64,000 nt of DNA from assembly GCA_965644295.1 (NCBI GenBank), contig CBFFRP010000298.1:372001-436000 (forward strand). Direction: 5' to 3'. Under the pieces are notes generated by a model that had not been told where the DNA came from, made no database searches, and worked only from the letters and a program-made list of their open reading frames with translations. This stretch comes from Paraphysomonas bandaiensis. Its lineage: Eukaryota > Protista > Chrysophyceae. Made by a program: the position numbers and the translations under genes. How positions within the stretch are numbered: position 1 is the stretch's first letter; each line of letters begins with the position of its first letter. Of the stretch, positions 10,145 through 23,054 are shown one piece after another.

Positions 10145-11456
10145 CTAATGAATTGTAGCAGTGTCAATCACAAATCTGTACTTGACATCGCCAGCAACAG
10201 CACGTTCATAGCTTTCGTCCACTTTGCTTCCATCAATCATTTCAATCTGGCATGTGATATTGTGGCGCCCTGATGTACAATACTTACACGATTGCATGGA
10301 AACGTGTCACCGAACACTATAACAAACAATACTGCAGAATCTATGCAAGCGTATACGAGTCACGAAACCAACACGCAGCAACTTACCACAGAAGTCAAGC
10401 ATATCTTGAGTCTCCTGAATTCCACCAATCAATGAGCCTGCAAACGTGCGTCGCTTGTGAATGAGGTTGCCAAGTCCAATGCTGAGCTTCTCAGGTGGCA
10501 CACCGACCACAATGAACTTCCCATCAACACTTAAGAGGTCCATATATAGAGCGGGGTCAAAAGAAGCGCTCACAGTACAAAGAATAAAGTCAAAAGTACC
10601 ATTCTGAGCCTAATAATAACGAAACAAACGAATTAAACATGCACCTCCAGGCACACCGTAGATGTGACACACCTTCATTTCGTCTTCGTTTTTCGAATCT
10701 AAAAAGGCATTCGCCTTTAGATTGTTCAGGGCATCCTCACGCTTTGATACACCACGAGAAATAACTGTCGTGTGGCAGCCGAATGCAACACCAAACTTCA
10801 CAGCCATGTGACCAAGTCCGCCTAATCCGACAACGCCGAACTTCATCTGCGGGCTGAGACCAAATTGAATCATTGGCGAATAAACAGTGATTCCGGCACA
10901 CATGAGAGGAGTGGCAGCGGCCAGGTCCAGATTGTTGGGAATGTGAAGTGCGAAATCTTTATCTACCACAATAAATTTGCTGTATCCACCGTAAGTATTG
11001 TTCCCGTTCTCAACCGAATGTCTGTGCTTATCATTGTAAGTCCAGACGCAACGATTCGAGCAATACTGCTCCGAGCCTTTCTTGCAACTCTTGCATGAAC
11101 GACAAGAATCAACCATACATCCAACACCAGCATGTTCTCCAACAGTAAACTCAGAAACATTGCTTCCTTTAGCAACCACCACACCACCGATCTCATGCCC
11201 AGGTACCTGTATATATATACGGTTACATCCATAGCATAACACATACTCATATTACCATAGGAAAAATACCCTTTCCCCATTCTTCACGAACTTGATGGAT
11301 GTCGGAATGACATATACCAGCATACTTAATATCGATCACTATGTCATTGTCGCGACAGGCCCGTCGAGTGAATGTATAGGACTGAAAGGGACCTCCAGGT
11401 GTGATAGCTGCAAGCCCTTGACACTCTTTAGGTTCAGAAAAGTTCATATCAGTCAT
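10145..11456 (-). CDS. Zn-dependent NADP alcohol dehydrogenase (cinnamyl-ADH/YahK-like MDR family), 4 exons
   Basis: AGICHSDIH, VPGHE, GVGCMVDSCRSCKSC, PLMCAGITVYSP, GLGGLGHMAVK, GSLIGGIQETQDMLDFC and final exon ...DVKYRFVIDTATIH* (stop at 10145). Confidence 0.93.
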
Positions 11457-12099
11457 TTGTTTAATTGAGAGGAGAGTAAGTGAGTTGTATGCAAGTTAAT
11501 GTGCATAGAATATGGATGCAATGACACACATACATACAACAAGAAGGATCTACGTACGTACTGTACGTATATATGGTATAGGAGTGGACGTGGACGTATA
11601 TATATGTATGTGTGCATGTATGTATGTGTATGTATGGATGGGAGTGTGGGAGCCGATCAGCGAATGTTCTATTCTTCTTCTTCTTCTTCTTCAATGTTGA
11701 GATGTTGTCATTGAAGGTCTACACGCGTGTGTTGGAATTCGACAGCCAAATACTGTGTATACACTGCAGTATACTGAACGTATAACCATATCGATATCTG
11801 GATCTAGATATCCCTATTTTTGAAAGTACCGACAAGGAAGAAATTGTGGATTTGGAATTTTTATATGTGGTTTTTATGTAATGTTTGCTTAATCTTAACT
11901 GCCAACATGTTCTTCATTGCACGCTATTGCATTGCTCTACATAGAACTGACTGGAGCGAAAGTCATTCGTAGGTTGTTTGCATTGTGGCCTTAGTGCAAT
12001 ATTGACGGCAACTCAATTGCCTAAAACTCAATTAATCATATGTAAGAAGTTATTTTCCTTCATGCTCATACTGCTAGTAGCTGCTCCAATTCAGAAGAG

Positions 12100-13490
12100 G
12101 CCATTCGTTCTATATGTCTATATTATATTCCCACAATTTTTTTACTATTAATCAGACTTGTCATTGCATTAAATTGATGGCTACGGCTGCATAATTTCTA
12201 AATAGAACAACCCACACTATTTGAAAATATACTCCTAGTGTTAGGTGAAGCACTAAGTTAATGATATTATGTACTGCAAACTATATACGTCTCTAAACAA
12301 TAAACAATAAAGTATGTCGTGTAATATATGTAGTTATATAACGCAGTGGTTACAGCAATCACATAAACAATATTACTCAAACAAGTTTCTAGTCTGACTA
12401 AATAGCAACCATCCATCCCAAGTTTCTAGACATTAAATTCCAAACATTATAAATTATTCGAAGCTGCATTGCCTGTCCGCTAGTAATGACTGTGTGTTCA
12501 AAGCACTTCATTCACACAATAGCACATTATGCTATAATGTACGTGTCAAGTCAACGGTCTGTATTTCACGACAGATTCACAGCAGAACTCATGAGTTGAC
12601 TGACATAATTTCTACTTCAACTGAAAACTGCAAATGAGTTGTATATTCTCCTCTACTGTCTATGCAGAAAAAGTGTGGTATATCGCTTGTTTGAATGAAT
12701 TCGGTAAAGCCAATGAACGGTACCATGTCCTTCTGGACGTGCAGTGATTCCTATCAAAGTATATTTTACAATAACTTGTAATATGAATATTACTCATAAA
12801 TACTACCGGACATTCCCTTTTGTAGGGCTTGCGAAAGGAGTGATGCAGTAAAAAATTGCACTTAATCTTGAATTCATCATCAATAGTGCACTCCGGTTGA
12901 GCTAATACGAGCAATATTCCGAAAAACTTGTCATTACGACTCGTTCCGAAGTTAATTCTCCAGGGAATATTACGTACGCATATAATGTAGCTTCCGTAAA
13001 AACATTCGTTTATATCAAAATTGAGGAGCTGTGGCCCGTAATACGTTGTTAATAGTAGCACATACAGAAAGAGTGGAACAACACCTTCCAATGAATTTCT
13101 TTGATGTGACCCATGTGACCACGTGTAAACAAGCCACTATTCGCCATAATCATCCTTAGTTCGGCAATCTCTGCCAAAGCATCGTCCCTTTCCTGGCAAA
13201 TAATATCAAAGCTACTACGCAACCGCTTTATTGCCTTGGACAGCTTTTTGTTTTTGTGTTTTGATTCTTTGTACTGAAATACAGCACCATTACTTCATGA
13301 ACGTGTAGAAAGTATAAACATGTTTATCACCAGTCTAGCCAATGATAACTCGCATGATGTGAGGCTAGCACTATCATCTGCATCCTATAGTAGCAGCAGT
13401 TAGATACACATATACATCTGATAGAGTCCAGCACATCCTCTTGCGCAGATTCTGGTCTCAAGAGAAGCTCATACACATCTTTTTCCTCCA
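12100..13490 (-). CDS. Hypothetical intron-rich protein with a coiled-coil segment (boundaries uncertain)
   Basis: Short exons separated by GT-AG introns: MEEKDVYELLLRPESAQEDVLDSI..., YKESKHKNKKLSKAIKRLRSSFDIICQERDDALAEIAELRMIMAN. The 3' end was not resolved. Confidence 0.35.
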
Positions 13491-13939
13491 TGGATAATAT
13501 CAGATAGATAAGAGATGTGAAGTGATAGGATAGGATGCATCTTATGCTACAATGACCCAACCAGACTTACACATATGTGAATATACAGTGGCATGATCCT
13601 ATCAACAGGCAGGTCACTGTGACCAGCACTGCACAACACAAATAAAATACCAGATTTTTGTCCAATATATAAATACGTGCCAAATTTTTACGAAATAATA
13701 GAATACAACTCCATTTTACGTATAGATATTACCGGTTTTGATAGCAATATTGTGATGTTTGTGGAATTATTGAAATAACAATATTCAACAATATTGGACT
13801 TTTTGTACATAAAAATTCGAATTTTGAAATCCCGTCCAGAGTGCTCATTTCTATACATACACTGCCTGTCATGTATGTGTATATATGAGATCAGTTAATG
13901 TATATCCATATCACTGTGCCACACTCAGTGTCAGTGACA

Positions 13940-15712
13940 ATGAAACAGGCATCTATTCAGATGTTTTTTAAGCCTCCAGTGAAACAATATAACCCCCCTG
14001 AGAGGGTACGTGGTATCTCATATGATACAAATGCCTCCTGTCTCAAGACAGAGACACACACACATACAGACACAGAGACACACACACATACCGACACAGA
14101 TAAGCATGCAGACACTCATACAGAGCTATATCCTGACACTCATACAGAGAAAGAGAACATCCCAGAGTCCCCTCCACACACTGACACTCCAATTAATGAC
14201 ACGAAACTAATAGAGAGCGATGATTTTAATGATTATGAGCGTGTGCGTCTAGAGAATATTCGTCGCAATCAAGAGTTTCTGCTTCAATTGGGTCTCTGTG
14301 ATATTAAGAATAATATGACTGTTAAACCTGATGTGAAGCCTCAAAAGGTCTCTAAGCGACAACGACCTCCTCCTGCATCTCGTATACCTCTTCCTCGTCG
14401 AGTGCAACCCAAACGTGGTGTTAGAAGTGATGTTCAGGATGGTGAACGACAACAGGAACATAACACAGGTATGGAGGTCGAGGAAGAGGGCGATATATCC
14501 GAACCTGAACCCGTCGAGTTTGACGACTCCTCTGTGTTACATTATATTCTCTCTACGCAAGCTGCTGACCCTGATGGTTGCACGTTGTCAGCGGGGAAAT
14601 CTACGTATTCTTCGACATCTGCTCTTTCTTTATCTCCTGTTGGGCCACCTATGTGGTGTGATTTACTTCCGGCGGTTTATAGTATGCACTGCCATCCACA
14701 TGTTCCATCTCTTCTTGCTGCTGCAGGAAAGGCTGGCCAGGTGGCACTTTATAGTCTGTCTCCTAATTCCACTGAAAGTGAGATGGCAGAAGCTCATAGA
14801 ACCCCGTTGATGGCATTCCGTGCCCACACTGGATGGATATCCTCTGCCCGATTCCTTTGCACACCCCTCCCCTCTCTTGGGTCTAGCAACTCTGTGCTCC
14901 TCGTCACAGCCTCGAATGATGGTCTCGTAAAACTCTGGGACGTCACTCAATTTAGCTCCGGTAACAGTGGAGGGAAACCTAGAGAATTAACGACTTCCTC
15001 CTGTGGCCACAGCAAGGGTGTATTTTCGTTAGACGAGCTTTCAGGATGGTTGGTCACTGGATCTAAGGACCGTCTGACATGTGTTTCCCGTGTGAATCCA
15101 GATGGTTCTATAAATGGAACTACGGAGTATGATCATCATGCAGGTGTCGTAAAGAGCGTGAGCTGGAAACGAGCCTCTTCACATAGTGACACGACCGCTA
15201 ATATATTTGCGTCGGGCAGTCAAGACTGCTCTGTATGTGTGACAGACACACGAACCACGGCGAATAGTGTTATCGATATGCAGTCAGTACACTCCGGTGG
15301 TGTTCACACTGTGTCGTGGTGCCCGTATATTGATGGGGAAAACCTCTTAATCACAGCTGGACACGACTCAAACATTAAATTGTTTGATATCCGGAAATGC
15401 TCTACCTCAGCTGACAATGTTGCGCTACATAGTTTTAGAGAGCACATGTCAACGTCCTCCAGGAAAAGCTCTATAGTTACTCCTTGCTTCCTTAATAGTG
15501 AAGTAATTCTCACACCTAGTGAGAATGCGTGTACACTTTCAATGCACTGCGCTGTCAGTGGTAGGACGATAAGTAGAGGCACAGTTAGTGAGCCACCTGT
15601 AGCTGTGACCTGCTCTCCTTTTCTAAGCAATGGATTACCAGACTACGTCCTCGTGTCATCTAAGCGGAAAGGATTAGTTACGTCATTTTCAGTTAGCTGT
15701 GCTGAAACTTAG
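13940..15712 (+). CDS. WDR76/Cmr1-like WD40 chromatin/DNA-damage protein
   Basis: N-terminal NDYERVRLENIRRNQEFLLQLGL motif typical of Cmr1/WDR76, plus WD40 repeats (TASNDGLVKLWD, TGSKD, ASGSQD, TAGHDSNIKLFD). Likely start is ATG 13940 (MKQASIQMFF). Confidence 0.8.
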   Translation: MKQASIQMFFKPPVKQYNPPERVRGISYDTNASCLKTETHTHTDTETHTHTDTDKHADTHTELYPDTHTEKENIPESPPHTDTPINDTKLIESDDFNDYERVRLENIRRNQEFLLQLGLCDIKNNMTVKPDVKPQKVSKRQRPPPASRIPLPRRVQPKRGVRSDVQDGERQQEHNTGMEVEEEGDISEPEPVEFDDSSVLHYILSTQAADPDGCTLSAGKSTYSSTSALSLSPVGPPMWCDLLPAVYSMHCHPHVPSLLAAAGKAGQVALYSLSPNSTESEMAEAHRTPLMAFRAHTGWISSARFLCTPLPSLGSSNSVLLVTASNDGLVKLWDVTQFSSGNSGGKPRELTTSSCGHSKGVFSLDELSGWLVTGSKDRLTCVSRVNPDGSINGTTEYDHHAGVVKSVSWKRASSHSDTTANIFASGSQDCSVCVTDTRTTANSVIDMQSVHSGGVHTVSWCPYIDGENLLITAGHDSNIKLFDIRKCSTSADNVALHSFREHMSTSSRKSSIVTPCFLNSEVILTPSENACTLSMHCAVSGRTISRGTVSEPPVAVTCSPFLSNGLPDYVLVSSKRKGLVTSFSVSCAET

Positions 15713-16042
15713 CCATACTATATAGTTAAAATATTAATCATACTTAATACTTAGATATTCATGATTCCATCACTGGGCTCTTGCTCTTACTAATACCTTT
15801 GGAAACTACGAGAACTTATGGAAGCATGTCACGTAAAAACTATTCGATTAGGGTGACTTAGATATCGTGAAGAAAAGTCAATGTTGTGAACAATAAGCAA
15901 CAACGTTGTGACATTGTTAAGGCTACTTTTCATCACATTTATAATAACCTTTCATTCTAAAATATCCTTTACGTCCCTAAGGAAAGATTATTTAGAAATT
16001 TCCTGACATATAGTACATAAGAAGCCGCCTACACAAAAGGTT

Positions 16043-18352
16043 CTATACGTTTGTATCTGCACACTCATTGTCGGGTATTTGATCAGAAGTACCCACATGA
16101 TGGGTGCCGTCATCACAATCGGTATCTCTACGAGGTCTATCCTTGTCCTGCAATTCTTTTTAAGAAGTGATGTCAAGGTGCTAATGCGATACTATACCTG
16201 CTTTAAATTAAATCTTTTAGTACGTCGATCTTTCCTCTTTATTGCAGACTTTGATGCTTGCCTTAGAGTTAAAAGATTACTACTGGAACTCACGAAAACG
16301 CAGACACAACAGCTTACTTGACAACTTGTTCATTCGTGTATCCGTCAGGAGCTAGAGCCAATTGTAACTTGCCAATTAACAGTCCGAAACCGGAATCCTA
16401 CATACCAAGTCAAAAAGATATGAAATGCGTAAGTTCCACACACCTCTCCCTTCATTACTTTCTCCGAATAGGCAGCAAACTCTCCCCGGTATTCATCAGT
16501 TAGCTCCCTGATCATTGTTGGAATAGGCGGAAAACCTGTTATATGAACTGACCTAACTTTTTTCATAACAACTAAATGCCTGCTATGTCTTGTGGAGAGC
16601 CCCTGCATAGAAAGCTGTAGTTTATTAGATATTAATACTATTAAAATTAGGATCATAAAGAAACACTTACTCCCGTGATCTCAAGACAAGGGTGCATAGG
16701 AAGATCATTAATAGTAAAGTCGTATGGTGTGGGAATCAAATACACCAGTAGACCATTCCTGTATTATAAGCGGCATATAGTGAGTAGTACACATTGAAAA
16801 CTAGAACTCGCACATTTTTAACGACGCCGCTGCTACATGTAGAAGATCCAACATCACTTCCTCTACAGCATAGGCTTGAGTGCACGGGATAAGATCTTCT
16901 CTCCGGTCGTCTGGGATCTCCAGATGAGGTCCCCTGCGTCCTGCAAAACGAAATCAAATCGCTACATTAGCAGAATCTAACATAAATACTCTTACCTGAT
17001 TTTTTAGCTCCAGCGCGGATACCATAAGGTGGGTCGGTAACAATGGCATCAAATCTACAACTGGCGACAGAAAGTTCACAATGGCGATCAAAAAGGTGAT
17101 TATCCATGCGAATGATCTCAGGACGAGGAAGCGAGTATCTCCTGCAGAACACACGTAGGTTAGACGCCAATACGCAAGTATATATGTATGCAACACACCG
17201 AAAGTTTTCCCATATACTCCTCTCAACAGAATCAGGAGTTTTCTTTCTCTTCTTTGGCACTCCTTTACCAGCAAATTTCGACGGTTGAGATCCATCTACC
17301 TCTTTGTTGGACTGTTGCTGCTCAGACCCACCGGTGCGTACACCCGCATGCATCCCCCCACGCAATACACGAATATCAATATCACACCCAGTGCAAAACC
17401 CTCCGAAATGAGTTGCTCCCACCTACCCGATTGAGATCAGTGACACGGTCCGCTCAACATATCAAATCAAGTACATACCAAAATGGATGCGGTCCCAACA
17501 AAGGGGTCTAAAACCACGCTTCCGGGTTTAATTTTTGCAATATTTCCCATTATTAGAGTAAGAGCGTGATCCAAAGAGGTAGGACCTAGATAGAAACGCT
17601 TCTTCAAATCGTACTTTTTTAACTCCTGCAAACTACAACGTGAGCGTACGATGTATGTGTGACTCGTATATAATACATAGTCATACCTCTCTCATACCAC
17701 CAATAGCAATGAGTCGACCGATATAAGACCACTGTAAATCCATCTTCTCAGGTGAATCTCCGCCACTTTTTCCCTCTGCTCTGCAATAGGACAAGAGTAG
17801 ATACACAGGAACGTCAGGGTGTTTTAGTTTTACGGGCCCAGGCAAAGAGAGAAAAGATAGCTCAGAAACATAACTTTGTTTTTCCTCATGAGATAAAGTA
17901 CGCCTAATATGATGAGCACAATGTAAAACTAACACAATTTATACATCATTTCAAACCTGAAAGCATCGAAATATAGTCCCCAAGAATCACTAGTGGTAAA
18001 GTTTTCAAAAAATCCTGATGAACATTTCCCTTTCATCGTATTTATACAAGTATCCAAATCAGATGAATCTAAAAAACGATTAGAAACTTCAGTTGATTGA
18101 TTATATATATGTGAACTACACACCACTCCAGAGCTCATATATGTGTTTGATTAACACCGATCGTCTACACACTGCAACTGCTGTGGAGACATCCGGAAGT
18201 TCTATTCTTAAAAAAGGACTATCTGCCCCTTCAGAGTTCCTTGTATAGGCTGTGGAAGGGTCGACTCCCGCCATTTCTAATAAAGAATCTAACTCTTCAT
18301 ATCTGAAATCCTTCCAGTCAGTATCTAAGAAAAAATGAATCAAACAATGCAT
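16043..18352 (-). CDS. TRMT11: tRNA (guanine10-N2)-methyltransferase, multi-exon
   Basis: FRYEELDSL, RSVLIKHIYELWSG, YDLKKRFYLGPTSLDH, VLDPFVGTASIL, GCDIDIRVLRG, FDAIVTDPPYGIRAG. The last exon ends ...DTNV* at 16043. Confidence 0.9.
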
Positions 18353-18908
18353 TGTCAATCTCAATGCAACACAACACTGTCTACAATGAATGGAATCTTA
18401 AGATAGATGATAACGTATAGTGTATGTATGTGTGTCTTATGGTACTAGGTTTGGTTCAGTTGGATGTCCAGTAATTCACTTACACTCAATGTATATGATC
18501 ATCTCGCTCATTCCTCATCCACAAGGAAGCAATTTCATTGGTTGTGAAGGTGTGACTTCAGACTTTGTATATAGAGGAAGTGAGAAAAGTATAGGGCAAT
18601 ACAAATGGAGTAAACGGCATGTTTTACAATGCCTGGTATACTCATGGTATACAGTGTATACCAGCATCTCTGTCCATATATTTTCGAGTTGGCGTATGTA
18701 TGGGAGTATGCAGTTCACAACCATCAAAACAAAAACTGAAAGTAATTGCAGTCTTCAAGATACGCATACACCTCTTCGCTACATCACGAGCACATCAATA
18801 GCAAACTTATATAGACCATTTGCTGTGCTGTGCATAGAAGGAGCAACGATAATAATAATACTCACACGGTCTTTATCACCAGAGAATTAACTGGTTTGAG
18901 ACTTTATA

Positions 18909-19439
18909 ATGCAGCGGGTAGCCAATTTCAGAACACTAAAATCTGTCCGTCAGACAGCATCACGGATGGGTGTGAGATCCTTTTCTGTCGATGAAAAGAA
19001 CTTGAAAATTAATAAGGTCATCGACCAAATTTCTGGTATCCGCTGGCAGGAGCTTCAGTCGAAATCCATGGGAAAGGTATTATTATTACGATCTTTATGG
19101 AAGCAAATTATAACGCTGTGGATAGACTCCTTTCAATGACAAACCTATAATCCCTGATGGTGATGCAGGAACATTCGAAAAGCCCATTGTGGTTCGTTGC
19201 CATTTGTAAAATTAAATCGCAATTGGTAATTGACATATCTGTAGGTTTTCTCACATCATGAATCTAGAATTGTTGGTTTTGAAGACCCCAGCTGCCATCA
19301 GGTGCGGTGGTTCGAACTCCAAGCTGGCCACCACCATTACATCCCCGACATCGGACTGTATTTCGTTCTCGAGCAGGTTCCTGAAACTCTTCCCTTTAAC
19401 CAGTTGGCTGAAGATATCAAAAACAATGTTCTTCATTAA
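18909..19439 (+). CDS. COX5B: Cytochrome c oxidase subunit 5B-like (3 exons)
   Basis: Arg-rich mitochondrial presequence, DQISGIRWQEL, GTFEKPIV|VFSHHESRIVG, RWFEL, GLYFVL. Confidence 0.75.
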
Positions 19440-19702
19440 TATGAAGTATTGTAATTCTACTTCGTTGAACTGCTGGTGTAATATACCATAGTGTAAAGCT
19501 CATTCAATCGAAGTGTTGTACTGATGTAATGTGCTATGGTGGGAAAGTCTTAGTGAGTCGAAATAAGTAAATATCATTCCAATGTTTCTTCTGTGTTTTC
19601 TGTGCGTAAACTTTTCTGAAAGAGAGTAAATTTGGGGGTTGGTTATGCAGGAGGAGGTTCAAATATGTTGCAAGACAAGGTGCAATACCTCCAGCAATCA
19701 AG

Positions 19703-20036
19703 CAGGGCTAGGGAAGTATATAGTGCAATTGTATTGTAAGATGGTTTTAAAACTCCATCAATACTATTGATGAGGTGCTATCTAACATTAGTACTGCACT
19801 GTACAATATATTGCAATAATATTGCTGGGTCGGTTTAAAATAGCCATCAAAATTTTTGATGAGACGCAATCTAACAATACTACTGCACTGTACAGTGTAA
19901 AATATGTTACAAGCTACAAAAGTATTGTTGGGTCAGCTTACTAAGTCCATCAATATTATTGAAAAGACGCTATCTAGCAGTAGTGCTACAATCCTACAAT
20001 CTACAATGATGTATTGTTCCCTATTCCCTAGCCCTG
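19703..20036. mobile_element. MITE-like element with 13-bp TIR CAGGGCTAGGGAA and internal ~90-100 bp tandem repeats
   Basis: CAGGGCTAGGGAA at 19703 and TTCCCTAGCCCTG ending at 20036. Internal units starting CCATCAA at 19755, 19844 and 19947. No TSD recognisable. Confidence 0.6.
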
Positions 20037-21983
20037 CCATTGTTGGATATTGACTATTGGTCATATTAACAAGTTTGATCGTTTAAAAAAGTTTGTAATT
20101 ATTAAACTGGATAGACTCTTTATTATAATTTCATACACAATTGTGCGTGTTGTCATGTAAGACATGTCAACAACATGATAATTTATTTCAACCACTATTC
20201 AACTTTCGTATCTTGAATTGTCATGATACACTACTTCAGTTTCACAGTTATAGGTATATAGTATCTTTGACTACGTATTACTGTTTTTCACATTGTATTT
20301 AACGTATTCTACTATACTATCTTAGAGAACCATACGTATCCCACATTCGAATTGCTCATTGTTGACTAGATCACAGAGAGAATTTGTCATAAGACTAGAT
20401 AGATTAATTAATATCGTTTACACGAAGTTGTGATAAACAACACCAACTCATTTGTTCCACGCATAATATCCTTTATATGAGAACCTCTAAACGGTATACT
20501 CCTTTTGGTTTACCAACACAACTAGGTATACTGCGTTACTATGATAATGGCATGCGTTAAAAAGTGAGTGTAAAATATCTAACAGTAAGTAAATGAACAA
20601 CTTTGAAGATATTCAAAAATACCATGTATATAGAACAAAACAAGGAACTGTTAGTTTTTATTCATCTACTATTGTTCCAGGCATAGATGATCCTGACGAA
20701 GTTACATATTTACCTAAAAATAATAGCTTACAACCGCTTGCCGAATATAGGTCATTCACTATTAATCCTAATACAAAAACATTCGAAGAAATTCCATACA
20801 TCTCTCAGAAAACTAAAACATTCGTTCGTTAACCCACGGTCCATATGGTCGCAAATTGACAAAAAGCCTTTGTGTATATTCGTTCATGAGTATGTAAAAC
20901 ATGTGACCCATATTAGTCGCGTCATGTTGTGTTCGCAGACATTAGTTTTTTGTAAGTGTATTATTTTGCTTGAATTTAGTAGCTGTGGTCTTTTTGAAGT
21001 TGGACGACAACCAAACTGTGTCGTAACCCTAAAATTCATGTGGTCATCAATAACATAAGTCAGTCATGTTTTATTGCGGGAAACCCAAGCTCCCGCTTTT
21101 GATATCGGCCCCATTTTCTGAACGTTTCGGGCTGTAACAAGTCCAACTTTTAAACCGGTATACCCCTCGTGTGCAGAATCGACTGTGTAGCATGCATCCT
21201 CATTGATAGTGAGCTGTTATTATTGCAATCTAGTGGTACCTACTAGCGATATATTATCATGGTGTATTTGATATATCACATTATAAAATTATTACTACTT
21301 TGAATATTTTCACTTGGTATAACCATACTTCCGTTTGGCGCGCTGTTACCTGAGAAGGTAATATATAACATACACAATAGCAAACCTGTGAAAAGCAGCC
21401 AGCGCACAGGCGACACATCACACAGCCGCCATCTCGGTAGCGTCGGTAGCTAGCTTGCTAGATATGTGGATCTCGATGGAACAGGGGGCGCGCAGCCACT
21501 CCTCACTCCTCCTGCCTAGCTACCTGAATGATCAGAGTAGCAAGCAGCAAACATGCAACGCTGCCCAGTAGTTTAGCTATCTGTCAAGCAATCATTCAAG
21601 AACTGTTCACTTATCTAAGAAAAACGGTGTAGCTAAGCAATCATCGTGGTTTTTACCACTACGCGCGTGCGTAGCAATGTCCATGCTAAAGAAAGAACGC
21701 AAAGCTACCTAAACTTAATAAGTGTTATTAATTATTAAGTATTCCTAATTTTTCTTGTTTCTGATCGAAATTGCAATTAAAGCACGAACCTGCCTCTCTC
21801 TACTAAATAAAGAATTTAGTAGGTGGCTAATCAGCGCGCTGCTAAAAATAGGCCCATATTCACCATAAGGGAACTTCAATTAGTCTATAGCTAGTTTGCT
21901 CACTTTGCTTTGTCACAGTTAACACAATGAATGAAAGTTCAAAGTCAAAACAACGCTCTTATAATTCAACAAAAAGAAGTTAT

Positions 21984-22958
21984 TCACTTAGGGGCCGGCG
22001 GTAGTGGACCGCCTGAACTTGATTGAGTAGAAGACACCAATCTCAGCACATTATAATCCGAATCCCGGATAAAGATAGACTTCCCGTCCGGTGGGGTGTT
22101 AATGTGTCTGGATTTGAGTCCCCATGGCAGGTCATCCAGCTGGCTATCCCTGGCCACCTCCACCCCCGCCGCCCTCAAGCCCTCCTCCGCCGCGTCCACA
22201 TTCTCGACCTCCAGAGCCACAAACACAATACCGGGCCGCACCCCTCCCTCGCTCTCCCGGCATAAGACATTCTCTCCGTTAGTGGGCATATTGGCGTTCA
22301 GAAGGAAGTTGATATCAATGCCACTTTCGGTGCGAGAAATCCACGGGTGCTTGTTCTGAAGAGGCTCACTGGCAGCTTCATACTTGGAGACATGCCGGTT
22401 AAAGCCCAGCTTCTCTGCATACCATGTCCACTTTTCTTCGGGATTTGAGACTCGAATTCCGACATGATCCATACACTGTGGGTATCCAATCATATCAGAC
22501 GTGATAATCACAATCTCATCTTCACCATAATTCTTTTCGAACTCGAACACTGTGCGGTCAGGGTCTCGGACGAATACTGCGGCTAGAGCACGGTTATAGC
22601 TACCCCGTTCTCCAGAAATCTGAATACCGACACCTTCAAAGAAAGATCGAACAGCGGGCACACTAGGAACAGTGAATGCGACATGTGTGTGTCCTGGATA
22701 TTTCGATTCGGGAAAATCCATCAGAAGATTCTTTTCATCCTCAATATTCTTGTCACATTCAAAAATGTGCAGTTCAAGACCGCCTCTGTTTTTCATCACA
22801 GCAATATGCTCATTGGTCCCAGCAGGACTCGCCGTAAACCCAATCTTGCTGAAAAAATCAGCTGATCGATGCAAATTAGATGATGCGATTCCTAAATGAG
22901 AGAATCGCAGAGCTGAGGTGATAGGAGCCTTCTCAGTTATTAATTTCAACGCAGCCAT
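21984..22958 (-). CDS. Tandem glyoxalase/VOC-superfamily protein (two VOC domains)
   Basis: FSHLGIASSNLHRSADFF..GF, HTHVAFTV, FVRDPDRTVFEF; second domain MDHVGIRV..WYAEKLGF, FIRDSDYNVLRL. Intronless, 324 aa. Confidence 0.85.
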   Translation of the reverse strand: MAALKLITEKAPITSALRFSHLGIASSNLHRSADFFSKIGFTASPAGTNEHIAVMKNRGGLELHIFECDKNIEDEKNLLMDFPESKYPGHTHVAFTVPSVPAVRSFFEGVGIQISGERGSYNRALAAVFVRDPDRTVFEFEKNYGEDEIVIITSDMIGYPQCMDHVGIRVSNPEEKWTWYAEKLGFNRHVSKYEAASEPLQNKHPWISRTESGIDINFLLNANMPTNGENVLCRESEGGVRPGIVFVALEVENVDAAEEGLRAAGVEVARDSQLDDLPWGLKSRHINTPPDGKSIFIRDSDYNVLRLVSSTQSSSGGPLPPAPK

Positions 22959-23054
22959 TGTTCCAGTTGTCAGTGATGGTTATAGCTACAAGTTTGCTTG
23001 TCATAATCGTGTAGAATACATTCGCATTGTTATTACTAAATATGAAGAATCCCT

